From a virus (Duplodnaviria > Caudoviricetes): a stretch of DNA of 49,641 bases. Both the position numbers and the translations under genes were made by a program. The notes under the pieces are model-generated. The model made no database searches and had not been told where the DNA came from. It saw only the letters and a program-made list of their open reading frames with translations. Each line of letters opens with the position of its first letter. Within the stretch, counting starts at the first letter, position 1. Location of the stretch: IMG/VR virus record IMGVR_UViG_3300020045_006698, positions 1 to 49,641 of that record. One strand, given 5' to 3'. Below are positions 1 to 8,684 of the stretch, piece after piece.

Positions 1-30
1 ATTTCCTAATTTTGTACATTCTAATTCCAT
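1..30 (-). CDS. 5' fragment of a homologue of the 2395..3147 gene (runs off window edge)
   Basis: Reads MELECTKLGN vs MKKIRCKKLGN at 3147; same position after a MazG-like C-terminus. Confidence 0.55.
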   Translation of the reverse strand, partial: MELECTKLGN

Positions 31-31
31 A

Positions 32-388
32 TTATATGTTTTTATATTTTTTTGTTGTTATGTATTTGTAAAATTTCTTTAATTTGAAATTAATACGTTT
101 TTTAATTAATTCAATTGGGTAAATTTGTTTAAGAATTTTAAGTCTTATATAAACATCACCAATTTCTTCTATTATTTTTTCAATATTTGTGATAACTTTA
201 TTATTTGATTGTGTAAGTTTAATAAGCTGCATTTCATCATCTGCAAGCTTTAACATTTTATCATTAATTAAAGCAATTTCTTTTGTTGCTGCAATATTAG
301 TCTGTTTTAATCCATCAGCTACTGTTGTAAAAACATCTAACAATGCTGATGATTTCTTTTGTAATCTACCTATTCTAGTTCCGAACAT
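32..388 (-). CDS. Chimeric ORF: coiled-coil hypothetical N-part fused to MazG-like C-terminus
   Basis: From EKIIEEIGDV onward it closely matches the C-terminus of 3150..3446; N-part is unrelated. Confidence 0.55.
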   Translation of the reverse strand: MFGTRIGRLQKKSSALLDVFTTVADGLKQTNIAATKEIALINDKMLKLADDEMQLIKLTQSNNKVITNIEKIIEEIGDVYIRLKILKQIYPIELIKKRINFKLKKFYKYITTKKYKNI

Positions 389-403
389 AATTCTTCTATT
401 GTT

Positions 404-706
404 TTAGGTTTGTATTTTATTAATAATATTATCATAATTAAAATCATATTTATTACAGACGTCCTTAATTAAATCAAAATTAGAAAATTCTTTAAAATAT
501 TTTAATTCAGCTTCGATTCTATTTTTAGCAGCATCTTCTAAATTATCATAATGTCCTATAAATTTTCGTTTACAATTTAAATCTATATATGCACACCATT
601 TATCTTTACCTTTTTTCCAATAAACACCTTTAATACCTGAAGTATTATCAGTTCTTAATTTTGAATTCATTGCATTTTGAGATCTAGTAGCTAATCTTAA
701 ATTTAA
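404..706 (-). pseudogene. HNH-AP2 homing endonuclease, 5'-truncated
   Basis: Frame extends upstream of 670 as NLRLATRSQNAMN (end of HNH), then NTSGIKGV..W.A.I..IG.Y..LEDA (AP2); broken at ~697-706. Confidence 0.75.
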
Positions 707-914
707 AATGGTAGGTGATTATAGTGAAGTATTTATAGGTCACACATCTACTCAGTTTTGGAAATGTGACGAACCGATGAATGCTGCTAATATATGGAAT
801 CTTGACACAGGTGGAGGTTGGTTTGGTAAAGTATCTATAATGGATATAGACACTAAAGAATTTTGGCAATCTGATAAAGGAAATGAATTATATCCAGAAT
901 TTAAAGGAAGATAA
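697..914 (+). pseudogene. C-terminal fragment of PPP-family metallophosphoesterase
   Basis: VFIGHT and NLDTGGG motifs; N-terminal DxH/GD/GNH motifs absent. Confidence 0.7.
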
Positions 915-915
915 T

Positions 916-1395
916 ATGAGAAATAAATTAAGAATACCAATTTGTTTAAAACTATTATTTCCAAACCAAACATTATCTAAATTTTTAGGCGATTATCCTC
1001 AAGATAAACATTTAAAATGTGGTTATGCTAAAAGAATACATGAAAATTGGGATTTAATTGAAAAAACTTGGTTAGAAAATTCAGATTTAAGATTTGGGCA
1101 GTTGTTATGTAATTTAAGATTAATTCCAAGTTTAGAAATTGAAAATCATATTTGGAATGTTGAAGAAGATAATTGGTTAGTAGATAATGGTTATTGTAAA
1201 ATAGAAGATATTCAGTTTTGAGGAGTTAATTTTTATAAAAATGGTAAACAAAGAAAGAAAACTAAATTTGTTTTATTAAAAGATTTAAAAACAAATCATA
1301 TTGAAAATATAATTATATTTTTTGGTAAAAATTTAAATCGTATTAATACTAGATATTTAGAATATTTTAATAAAAGAATAAAGAATGGAAAATAA
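916..1395 (+). pseudogene. Hypothetical protein interrupted by in-frame TGA at 1219-1221
   Basis: Frame stays open 57 codons past the TGA (GVNFYKNGKQRKKTKFVLLKDL...) to TAA 1393-1395, overlapping the thyX start. Confidence 0.6.
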
Positions 1396-1698
1396 AGTAT
1401 CTTTAATTGGATATTATGGTAGCGATGAAGTAATAGCTTGTTCTGCATGGACAAGCACTTCTCGTGATCTTACAGATGAAAAAAAAGACAGAATACCTAA
1501 ATTAATAAACCAGCTTTGGATGGACGGACATGAAACTCCGTTTGAAAAAGGAATGGTTCATTTTCTTATAGATACAGATATTGCTAGTCATATTCATTTA
1601 CTTAAACATCGAATTAGTTCTATGAATGGTGAATCAGCTAGATATAAAGAACTAAAAGAAGATAAGATATATCTTCCTGAAGACTGGAAAGGAATTCC
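1385..1698 (+). pseudogene. thyX: Flavin-dependent thymidylate synthase, 3'-truncated
   Basis: GHETPFE and HLLKHR..SMNGESARY ThyX motifs; ThyX-like sequence stops at GGAATTCC 1691-1698. Confidence 0.85.
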
Positions 1699-1807
1699 AT
1701 TGTTTAACAATATATTCGTCATGTTCATTCTCATCTTTAAATCCTCTTTTAATAGCCATATTTCTATGTCCAAAATGAAGACATCCTATAAATCTAACTT
1801 GACTCAT
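1691..1807 (-). pseudogene. N-terminal fragment of calcineurin-like phosphoesterase
   Basis: Not in the ORF track; ATG at 1807 reads MSQVRFIGCLHFGHRNMAIKRGFKDENEHDEYIVKQWNS (xLHFGH motif), truncated at the junction. Confidence 0.7.
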
Positions 1808-2139
1808 TTTTCTATTTTATCAATTATAGATGCTTTCTTAATTATAAGATAAATTATATTATCTCCAAATTTTTCATCTAATAATTTTTTTGTTGGTAAT
1901 TTACCATCTACTAAATCATTAGTAATATCAGCAATAGATATTTCATGTTTTAGTAAAAATCCATCTAATACTTTTTCACGTATTAATCCACTACGTTGTG
2001 AACCAATATCAAAATTATGAAATGGATTATTGTTTCTACGATATTCTTTTGCTTTTACTTTTAATACATTTGAGATTTGTTCACAAACTTCATCTACTAC
2101 TTCATCAAATCTTTTTTCTGTCATATTATTTAATTCCAA
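1804..2139 (-). CDS. DUF1599-like nucleotide-modification-associated protein
   Basis: KAKEY...PFHNF...EKFGDNIIYLII pattern; start may be 2124. Confidence 0.5.
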   Translation of the reverse strand: MELNNMTEKRFDEVVDEVCEQISNVLKVKAKEYRRNNNPFHNFDIGSQRSGLIREKVLDGFLLKHEISIADITNDLVDGKLPTKKLLDEKFGDNIIYLIIKKASIIDKIEK

Positions 2140-2345
2140 TCATTTAATTTTTCTTCTTTTAAAAATTTCATTGCTTTTTCACAATTAAATAAACCATCTA
2201 TTTGATTTCCAGAATGTGTTCCAGATAATGAATTAAATGGTTTTTTAAAAGTATATCTTGTATCTATTTCTCTTTGAACAGCTCTCCATGTATAACCATA
2301 TTTAACCCTCAATAATTTAATAAATAACGCTTTAAATTTAGTCAT
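2130..2345 (-). CDS. hypothetical protein
   Basis: ORF tiled with neighbours. Confidence 0.6.
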   Translation of the reverse strand: MTKFKALFIKLLRVKYGYTWRAVQREIDTRYTFKKPFNSLSGTHSGNQIDGLFNCEKAMKFLKEEKLNDWN

Positions 2346-2357
2346 ATTTAAAAAATT

Positions 2358-2387
2358 AAAGCCACTACCTTAATTGATAGCGGCTTT
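2358..2387 (-). terminator. Intrinsic terminator-like hairpin
   Basis: AAAGCCGCTA/TAGTGGCTTT stem with T-rich tail just after the 2395 stop. Confidence 0.65.
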
Positions 2388-2394
2388 TTTATTA

Positions 2395-3147
2395 TTATTC
2401 ATTTACAACAATAGTCCACATAGTAATTGTATTACCACTATTAGGATTTCTTGTTTCAACTACTGTAGATACTTCATTTAAAGCTTCTTTTAATATTGGT
2501 AATTCATTAATAGAACCAGATGTAGTTGATAAAATTAAAATACCAGCTCTAATATCAACATCTTCACCATCTTGAAAATAACTAATCATATCTTGAACTA
2601 AAGCTTTAGTAATATCAGACATTACTTCATCAAGATTAAAATCTTCACCTAATGTAAAGTTTTCTCTATTATTTTGAATATAAGCTTGAAGTTCATTTTT
2701 TAAATTACGAATATCATGTTTAAAACCATCAATACCAAATACTTGGGAAACACCACAAGAAATATTTGTATCAGCAATACTTAATTGATTAATTCTTTTT
2801 GAATATGTAAATCCTGGAATAAATGTAATATCTATTTGAAAATTAAGATCATCATCATCACTACTTTCATGAATATTTGTAACAATATTAAGTTCTTCTA
2901 CTTGAGGAATAACTCTAACAGGAGCTGGAGCAGGAACAGGTTCTACTCTACGTGGTTGTCTAGGTGCTCTTTGAGGAACTGCAACTTCTTCTAGTATTTC
3001 ATCAAATAATGATTTACAATAGTTTTTCTGAACTCCTTTATCATTTACAAGTGAATAACGAGTTTCAGATTCATTTACTACCTCATATTCACTACCTAAA
3101 GAGATTGAAATTACATTTCCTAGTTTTTTACATCTAATTTTTTTCAT
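2395..3147 (-). CDS. Two-domain hypothetical protein (Pro-rich linker; C-terminal SCG...NPNSGN domain)
   Basis: 250 aa ORF; PQRAPRQPRRVEPVPAPAP linker. Confidence 0.75.
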   Translation of the reverse strand: MKKIRCKKLGNVISISLGSEYEVVNESETRYSLVNDKGVQKNYCKSLFDEILEEVAVPQRAPRQPRRVEPVPAPAPVRVIPQVEELNIVTNIHESSDDDDLNFQIDITFIPGFTYSKRINQLSIADTNISCGVSQVFGIDGFKHDIRNLKNELQAYIQNNRENFTLGEDFNLDEVMSDITKALVQDMISYFQDGEDVDIRAGILILSTTSGSINELPILKEALNEVSTVVETRNPNSGNTITMWTIVVNE

Positions 3148-3149
3148 TG

Positions 3150-3446
3150 TTATATATTTTTGTATTTATTTGTTGTTATATATTTATAAAATTTTCTTAA
3201 TTTGTGTAACACACGTTCTTTTACAGCATCTTTTGAATACATTTCTTCAAGAACTTTCATTCGTATTTTTACATCACCAATTTCTTCTATTATTTTTTCA
3301 TCAGACACTAAATCTGGTTTATTTTGTTTTTGCTTTAAAATTAAAGCTAATTCTAATAATTCTTCAATTGTTTTATTTATAGTATATTCTCTATTATTAA
3401 TATTTAATAAATGGTCATATACTATATTTTTATGTTCTTGTTCCAT
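3150..3446 (-). CDS. MazG-like NTP pyrophosphohydrolase
   Basis: KTIEELLEL...IIEEIGDV acidic motifs. Confidence 0.7.
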   Translation of the reverse strand: MEQEHKNIVYDHLLNINNREYTINKTIEELLELALILKQKQNKPDLVSDEKIIEEIGDVKIRMKVLEEMYSKDAVKERVLHKLRKFYKYITTNKYKNI

Positions 3447-3701
3447 TTATTTAATATTTTCAAGTGGATAAGACTTTTTAATAAATTCTATATTTTCTTT
3501 TGTCCACATAGTTGATAATTCATCAAAATGTGTTTGATACAATCTATCTCTAGCCTCTAAAGCTGCTTCTACATGAAGTTTTGTAAATTCTATTAACATA
3601 TTAGAAACTTCTTTTTCTTCAACACCTTGATAACCTCCTTCATCATAATACTCTATTGAATAATTTTTTTGAAATTCTTCTGCTGTTGGTATTTTACTCA
3701 T
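3447..3701 (-). CDS. hypothetical phage protein
   Basis: ORF with TAATG coupling to the helicase. Confidence 0.65.
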   Translation of the reverse strand: MSKIPTAEEFQKNYSIEYYDEGGYQGVEEKEVSNMLIEFTKLHVEAALEARDRLYQTHFDELSTMWTKENIEFIKKSYPLENIK

Positions 3702-4975
3702 TATTTATATTTATTATATTCTACAATAGCTTCTGATGAATTTTCACATATTATATAATTATATTTTTTACAATTTTGGACCATTTTATTGAACCAAACT
3801 ACTTCTTGAGTACTTTCAGTCACAATTACAAAAACATGACCTAATTTGTCACCATTTTGCCTTAAACGACCTACTTTTTGTATAAAGTCTACCTCATTAC
3901 TATAATAATCTTTTATAATACAAATATCTAAACCCGGTAAGTTTTTACCTTGTTTAAGTTTTTTAAATGAACCTATTGATTTAATTTCATTTTTATTGAG
4001 TTTATCAATAATTAAATCATTTTCCTCATCTGTATTATTTGAAGATACTACTTGATTAGGTATAATTCTTTCTAAAGATTCTAATGAATTACCAAATATA
4101 ATTGTTTTTTCATCAATTCTATTTAATAATATTTTAACAATAGCATCTTTACTTTTTAAATTATATAATAATTTACTTCTTTTTGAAGCAACTTTTTTAA
4201 TTTCTAAATCTCTACGTATTTCAAAATCAGCAATTAATTCATTTTCTTTTTGTTCTAATACTAAAGTTTCATTAAATTTATTATTAATGTATTTATACGC
4301 ATCAACTTCAGTTTGCCAAAATGGATTTTTAAGATTACCTGCTTTGACACATTTCATATTAGAATTTAAACGATTTTTAACTACATAGATATTTAATTTA
4401 CGAGATGTACCATCAATTTGACCATCAGAAGTTGTATATGTAAAACAAATAGGTGCAATTTCATTAATCATGTCAATTTTATTTACCATTGTTTTACCAA
4501 AAAACCCAATTAAATCTAAATCTCTTTTTAAACAATAATATTGACCTGCTGATATTGTAGCACTTAATCCAATTATTGCATCATAATCATTATATACATG
4601 GAATTTAACATATTCCGGACTTAATTGGTCATGAAATTCGTCACACCCAACTAAACCAAATTTATATTTTCTCCATTTATAAACAGTTTGATAACAATAA
4701 AAATTTAATGTATAATCTCTATGTACATCAACATTAAATATTTTATTAAACTTTTCAATTTCAGCTTCTAAATCTTTTTGTCTTTCTGTAGTTTCTGCTA
4801 AAAATAAATGAATAATATCTTTTCTATTCTTAGGCATTGTGTATAATGCTTTCAAAAATATAAAGTTTTTACCACTACCAGTAATAGATTCTACAGTTCC
4901 TTTTTTTTGTGTTTTATATATCCAATTTTCAATTGCTTTATCTTGAATATTATTTTTTAATTGATTTAATTCCAT
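3701..4975 (-). CDS. Superfamily 2 (DExH) helicase
   Basis: TGSGKN Walker A, DEFH, SAT motif III, QKVGRLRQ motif VI. Confidence 0.85.
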   Translation of the reverse strand: MELNQLKNNIQDKAIENWIYKTQKKGTVESITGSGKNFIFLKALYTMPKNRKDIIHLFLAETTERQKDLEAEIEKFNKIFNVDVHRDYTLNFYCYQTVYKWRKYKFGLVGCDEFHDQLSPEYVKFHVYNDYDAIIGLSATISAGQYYCLKRDLDLIGFFGKTMVNKIDMINEIAPICFTYTTSDGQIDGTSRKLNIYVVKNRLNSNMKCVKAGNLKNPFWQTEVDAYKYINNKFNETLVLEQKENELIADFEIRRDLEIKKVASKRSKLLYNLKSKDAIVKILLNRIDEKTIIFGNSLESLERIIPNQVVSSNNTDEENDLIIDKLNKNEIKSIGSFKKLKQGKNLPGLDICIIKDYYSNEVDFIQKVGRLRQNGDKLGHVFVIVTESTQEVVWFNKMVQNCKKYNYIICENSSEAIVEYNKYK

Positions 4976-4995
4976 TTATATTTTTAATAAATAAA

Positions 4996-5128
4996 GTAGA
5001 TGACAAGTATGTTCTTATTACTAAGAATGGACCTTGTATGATATATATTCTACAATTTAATGTATAATCGGCTATATTTTATATCAAACCTGCTTATTAG
5101 GCTTACGTCTACCTTCCGCCACATCTAC
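4996..5128 (-). ncRNA. tRNA-Leu(UAA)-like RNA with enlarged variable arm and T-loop insertion
   Basis: 7-bp acceptor GTAGATG/CATCTAC, Leu-type D arm TGGCGGAAGGTAGACG, anticodon arm AGCCT-AATAAGC-AGGTT, T stem ACAAG/CTTGT. Confidence 0.6.
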
Positions 5129-5143
5129 TTTATTATTTATTTA

Positions 5144-7090
5144 TTATTTTATAGGACAAGCTCCAGATTCACAGTCTAATATATCAAAATCAGATTCTTT
5201 AATCTCAACTGAAGTTATAGGTGTAACATCTTTTACCATTTCATTATAAATTTCTTCTGAAACAGTTTCATAAGGTGCTTGAACAAAACCATGACCGTGA
5301 TAAAGTAAAAAAGAAACTGTTTTAAAATTATTAGAATAATTTTCAGCTAAATATTTTTTAATATCTTCTAAATCTTCTTTTCTATAATAAACAGTACAAC
5401 TAACAGAATTATCTGACCAATTTTCTTGTAGCCATTTAACAGTATCTAATTGTTCTTTCCAACTAAAATTAGCAGCAATTGGTGTTTTTTCAGAAACTTT
5501 ACAAGGAAATTCTACAACCATTGTTGTATGATCTTCAGAACCATCAAAGTTTTTACGATATTCCATTTTATAACCATGTTGTCTACAAACATCTATTAAA
5601 TTAGAGTTAGAACTAATTCTAATTCTACGAATATAAAATGGTCCAGCTGGATTTGGATGAACACCTGGTACAATTACACCTTCATCTGTTCTTACAACTT
5701 TAGGAAGTAATGATAATGTTCCAGAAGGTTTTGATGTTGTTAATTTAATAGAAATAGGAAATCCATTTGCATTTGAATAATAAACATCATATTCTCTTAA
5801 CCATTCATAAGCTGGTTTTAACCATGATTTTTGTTCTTCAGTACATTGTAATAAACCTGTAACACCAATACCCATTCTCATATTTCTATGTACAATATCT
5901 TCAGTATCTTTTAAAGAACATTTAAGTCTTAAACTATGTTTATTTACAATATATGAAATTCTTAAACATTCTAAAAATTCATCATAAGATGTAATATTAG
6001 GTAAATACATTTCACTTAAACAACATGTTTCTTTATCTTCTAAACCTTGTTCCGCACATGGGTTAAATATTTGAACATTAGGGTCTTTATAACGTGTATC
6101 GCCAGTTCTACCAATACTTCTAGCTAATTTTAAATTAATTAAACCATAAGGTTCGCCTTGTTCGTAAGTTTCCCAAAATTCTTTAGGTAATCTAGTTGTA
6201 TCATCACATACTACTGAATTATTTGAATTAGATCTCCAATTTGGAATGGGTCCTAAATCCCATCGTTTAGCTCTTAAATAATCAAAATCATCATAATCAC
6301 CAATTGCAATTTGTGCACTTCTACGAACATTTCCAGATACAACTATTTCTCCAATAATATTCATGATATCTAAACAATTTATAGGTCTAAGTTTTTTATT
6401 AGCTCTACTGTTTAAAATTTCATGAATTTGTTGAATTCCTTTATGTAATTCTTCAGGACCTGAAGCTGTACCACCAAATCCTTTAATAGAAGCACCTTTT
6501 CCTCTAATAGAATTACAAGAATATGTAAATCCTTCACCACTATAATAATGTGCTTTTAAAACCTTTCCTAATAGTTTTACCCATCCTTCTCTATTATCCG
6601 GAACAATAAAATCTACATCATTTGTATCACTTCTTTCAATTACAATAGGTCCTTTTAATTTTGGCATTTGATATACGTTTTCTCTTTGTATATTGAATCC
6701 TACACCTGAACCAAGCATAAGCATTTCAAAAGCCCATGTAAAAGGTCGAATTGGTTCACTTACAACTGTTGCTGCACAATTTTGTAATGAAGGTAACCCT
6801 AAATTATCAACTGTTTTAGTACCAAGTTGCCACATAAATCTACCTGCAACAGACCATTTAAGATTCATTCTACTTTCAAAATAAAATTGTTTTTCTTTCT
6901 CTGTAAAATTAATTCCTAATTGTTCATTACAAGCTTTTATTTCTCTTTTTATAACATCTTCAAATTCTTCTGTTACAGAATTTGGATCATCTTCATTTAA
7001 ACGTCTTGCATACGTTCTTTTAAATGTTATATATCCTATTTCTCCCCAAGGAGTTTTAATTTCATTTTTTTTATCTAAACTTAAATTCAT
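5144..7090 (-). CDS. nrdJ: Class II (adenosylcobalamin-dependent) ribonucleotide reductase
   Basis: NPCAEQ active site, GNVRRSA, KPSGTLS, C-terminal CESGACPIK. Confidence 0.92.
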   Translation of the reverse strand: MNLSLDKKNEIKTPWGEIGYITFKRTYARRLNEDDPNSVTEEFEDVIKREIKACNEQLGINFTEKEKQFYFESRMNLKWSVAGRFMWQLGTKTVDNLGLPSLQNCAATVVSEPIRPFTWAFEMLMLGSGVGFNIQRENVYQMPKLKGPIVIERSDTNDVDFIVPDNREGWVKLLGKVLKAHYYSGEGFTYSCNSIRGKGASIKGFGGTASGPEELHKGIQQIHEILNSRANKKLRPINCLDIMNIIGEIVVSGNVRRSAQIAIGDYDDFDYLRAKRWDLGPIPNWRSNSNNSVVCDDTTRLPKEFWETYEQGEPYGLINLKLARSIGRTGDTRYKDPNVQIFNPCAEQGLEDKETCCLSEMYLPNITSYDEFLECLRISYIVNKHSLRLKCSLKDTEDIVHRNMRMGIGVTGLLQCTEEQKSWLKPAYEWLREYDVYYSNANGFPISIKLTTSKPSGTLSLLPKVVRTDEGVIVPGVHPNPAGPFYIRRIRISSNSNLIDVCRQHGYKMEYRKNFDGSEDHTTMVVEFPCKVSEKTPIAANFSWKEQLDTVKWLQENWSDNSVSCTVYYRKEDLEDIKKYLAENYSNNFKTVSFLLYHGHGFVQAPYETVSEEIYNEMVKDVTPITSVEIKESDFDILDCESGACPIK

Positions 7091-7184
7091 TAAACTTTAT
7101 TAAATTATTAATTAATATAAAATTTATTTATGTTTTTAATGTTTTTTAAGTTTGTTTTTATTTTTAATAAATTTTATTAAAAAA

Positions 7185-7277
7185 GAATCCCTAACAGCAC
7201 TCCTAGGAAATTACTCCGTGGTCTGTCACCAATAAGGTTCAAGGTTTCTGGTTTGGATTCAAGCTACTATAAACCTT
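7185..7277 (-). ncRNA. Candidate structured RNA upstream of nrdJ
   Basis: GC-enriched intergenic segment with nested stems; G-U pairs work on the minus strand. Confidence 0.35.
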
Positions 7278-7290
7278 TGTTCACTTTATT

Positions 7291-7506
7291 TTACTTTAAA
7301 TTATTAATAATAAATTCTTTATCTTTTTTAGATCTTTTATTTATTATATTTATAATTTCTTTATTTGATAATTTCTTTTTTGGTTTTTCAATATATTCTA
7401 CATTTGAAGAAGAATCACTCCAGTCTTCTTTCCAATGACTAAATATACCAACATCTTCATCATCATCAATTCTTTTAGTACCCCAAGTTGAACCAAATAT
7501 TGCCAT
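7291..7506 (-). CDS. hypothetical protein
   Basis: ORF directly after dut. Confidence 0.55.
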   Translation of the reverse strand: MAIFGSTWGTKRIDDDEDVGIFSHWKEDWSDSSSNVEYIEKPKKKLSNKEIINIINKRSKKDKEFIINNLK

Positions 7507-7508
7507 AA

Positions 7509-7937
7509 TTATTTTCCGCTTGAGCCAAATCCATCATCTCCTCTTGTAGTATCAGACAATTCATCTACTACTTCCAATTCAATTTTAGGAATTGGTTGAA
7601 TTATTAATTGTGCTATTCTATCTCCTACAGAATAAATCTGAGTATTTGGAATAGCTTTAAATCTACATTTTATAGAACCACGATAATTTTGATCTACAAC
7701 ACCTACAGCATTTGCTAATATTAAACCTGTATTAGATATACTACTTCTAGGATATACTAATCCTACATAACCTTCAGGAATTTCAACTGCTATTTGTGTA
7801 TCATATTCAATATAACCATGATTACCTTTATCTACAGTTGTTACACTAATAGCTGTTAAATCTAAACCACAATCACCTTCTTTAGAATATGATGGTATTA
7901 CAGCATTTTCATGTAATTTTTTAATTTTTATATTCAT
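7509..7937 (-). CDS. dut: Trimeric dUTPase
   Basis: GLDL, PRSS, GVVDQNYRG, RIAQL, RGDDGFGSSG motifs. Confidence 0.95.
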   Translation of the reverse strand: MNIKIKKLHENAVIPSYSKEGDCGLDLTAISVTTVDKGNHGYIEYDTQIAVEIPEGYVGLVYPRSSISNTGLILANAVGVVDQNYRGSIKCRFKAIPNTQIYSVGDRIAQLIIQPIPKIELEVVDELSDTTRGDDGFGSSGK

Positions 7938-7938
7938 A

Positions 7939-8136
7939 TTAAAACAATGATTTAATAAATTCTTCCCTTGCTGTTATAGCTTCTTTTAACGTTTCACAAG
8001 CAGCTATATGAACATTTGTTGTACCTTGATTATATGGATTATACATTCTTAAATGAGATTCAAATTTACCTGTATCTTTTCTAAAATAAATTCCTTTATA
8101 ACCTGTATTACTTCTATCTGATTTACTATTTGTCAT
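7939..8136 (-). CDS. Small AP2-like DNA-binding protein
   Basis: NTGYKGIY...TLKEAITARE pattern. Confidence 0.5.
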   Translation of the reverse strand: MTNSKSDRSNTGYKGIYFRKDTGKFESHLRMYNPYNQGTTNVHIAACETLKEAITAREEFIKSLF

Positions 8137-8683
8137 TTAATCTAAATGTTTCATTATCTTTTAAAACTTCTTCTCCTAATTCTGCATTATCATCTAAGAT
8201 AACTTTATGTTTTGGTGAACTTAATCTTTCTTCTAATTGTTGTTTGAGTTTTTTATCTTTATATAATATTTGTTTAATTTTTAAAATCAGATTAATTCCT
8301 GCAGGTATTTTACCATACATTTCTGTCCAAAAATTTAATATTAATTTTTTAGCATCTTCCCCGAATTTTGAATATTGACCATTTAATAAATAATAATATT
8401 CTGGTAAATATTCTTCTGGAAATTTAAACACATAAATTACTTCATTATCAATATCAATTGTTTTGACAAAATATTGATTATCTATTAAACGATGTTCATA
8501 AGCTGTAAATTCAGGATTTTTAAAACTAAATTCATGTCTTATAAATATACATTCATTAAATTCATTATTTTCATCAAACATATAAGTATTTTCAAGATAA
8601 TTAATAAATTTCTTTTCAATACCTACAACTTCTGATATTAATGGTAAAAGATATGTTTTAGATGCATTATATTTATTACTCAT
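8126..8683 (-). CDS. hypothetical phage protein
   Basis: 185 aa ORF tiled in operon. Confidence 0.7.
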   Translation of the reverse strand: MSNKYNASKTYLLPLISEVVGIEKKFINYLENTYMFDENNEFNECIFIRHEFSFKNPEFTAYEHRLIDNQYFVKTIDIDNEVIYVFKFPEEYLPEYYYLLNGQYSKFGEDAKKLILNFWTEMYGKIPAGINLILKIKQILYKDKKLKQQLEERLSSPKHKVILDDNAELGEEVLKDNETFRLNDK

Positions 8684-8684
8684 A

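Noticed and set aside
697-1698. Phase-variable invertible switch
   Set aside because: The ends are not inverted repeats of each other, neither orientation restores genes, and no invertase is seen.
1699-1852. Hydrophobic C-terminal tail of ThyX in the ORF track
   Set aside because: It is the antisense read-through of a minus-strand phosphoesterase fragment and the next gene's end, beyond the inversion junction.
7185-7277. Cobalamin riboswitch upstream of nrdJ
   Set aside because: No B12-box or GGGAA/GCCACTG-type motifs, and too short.
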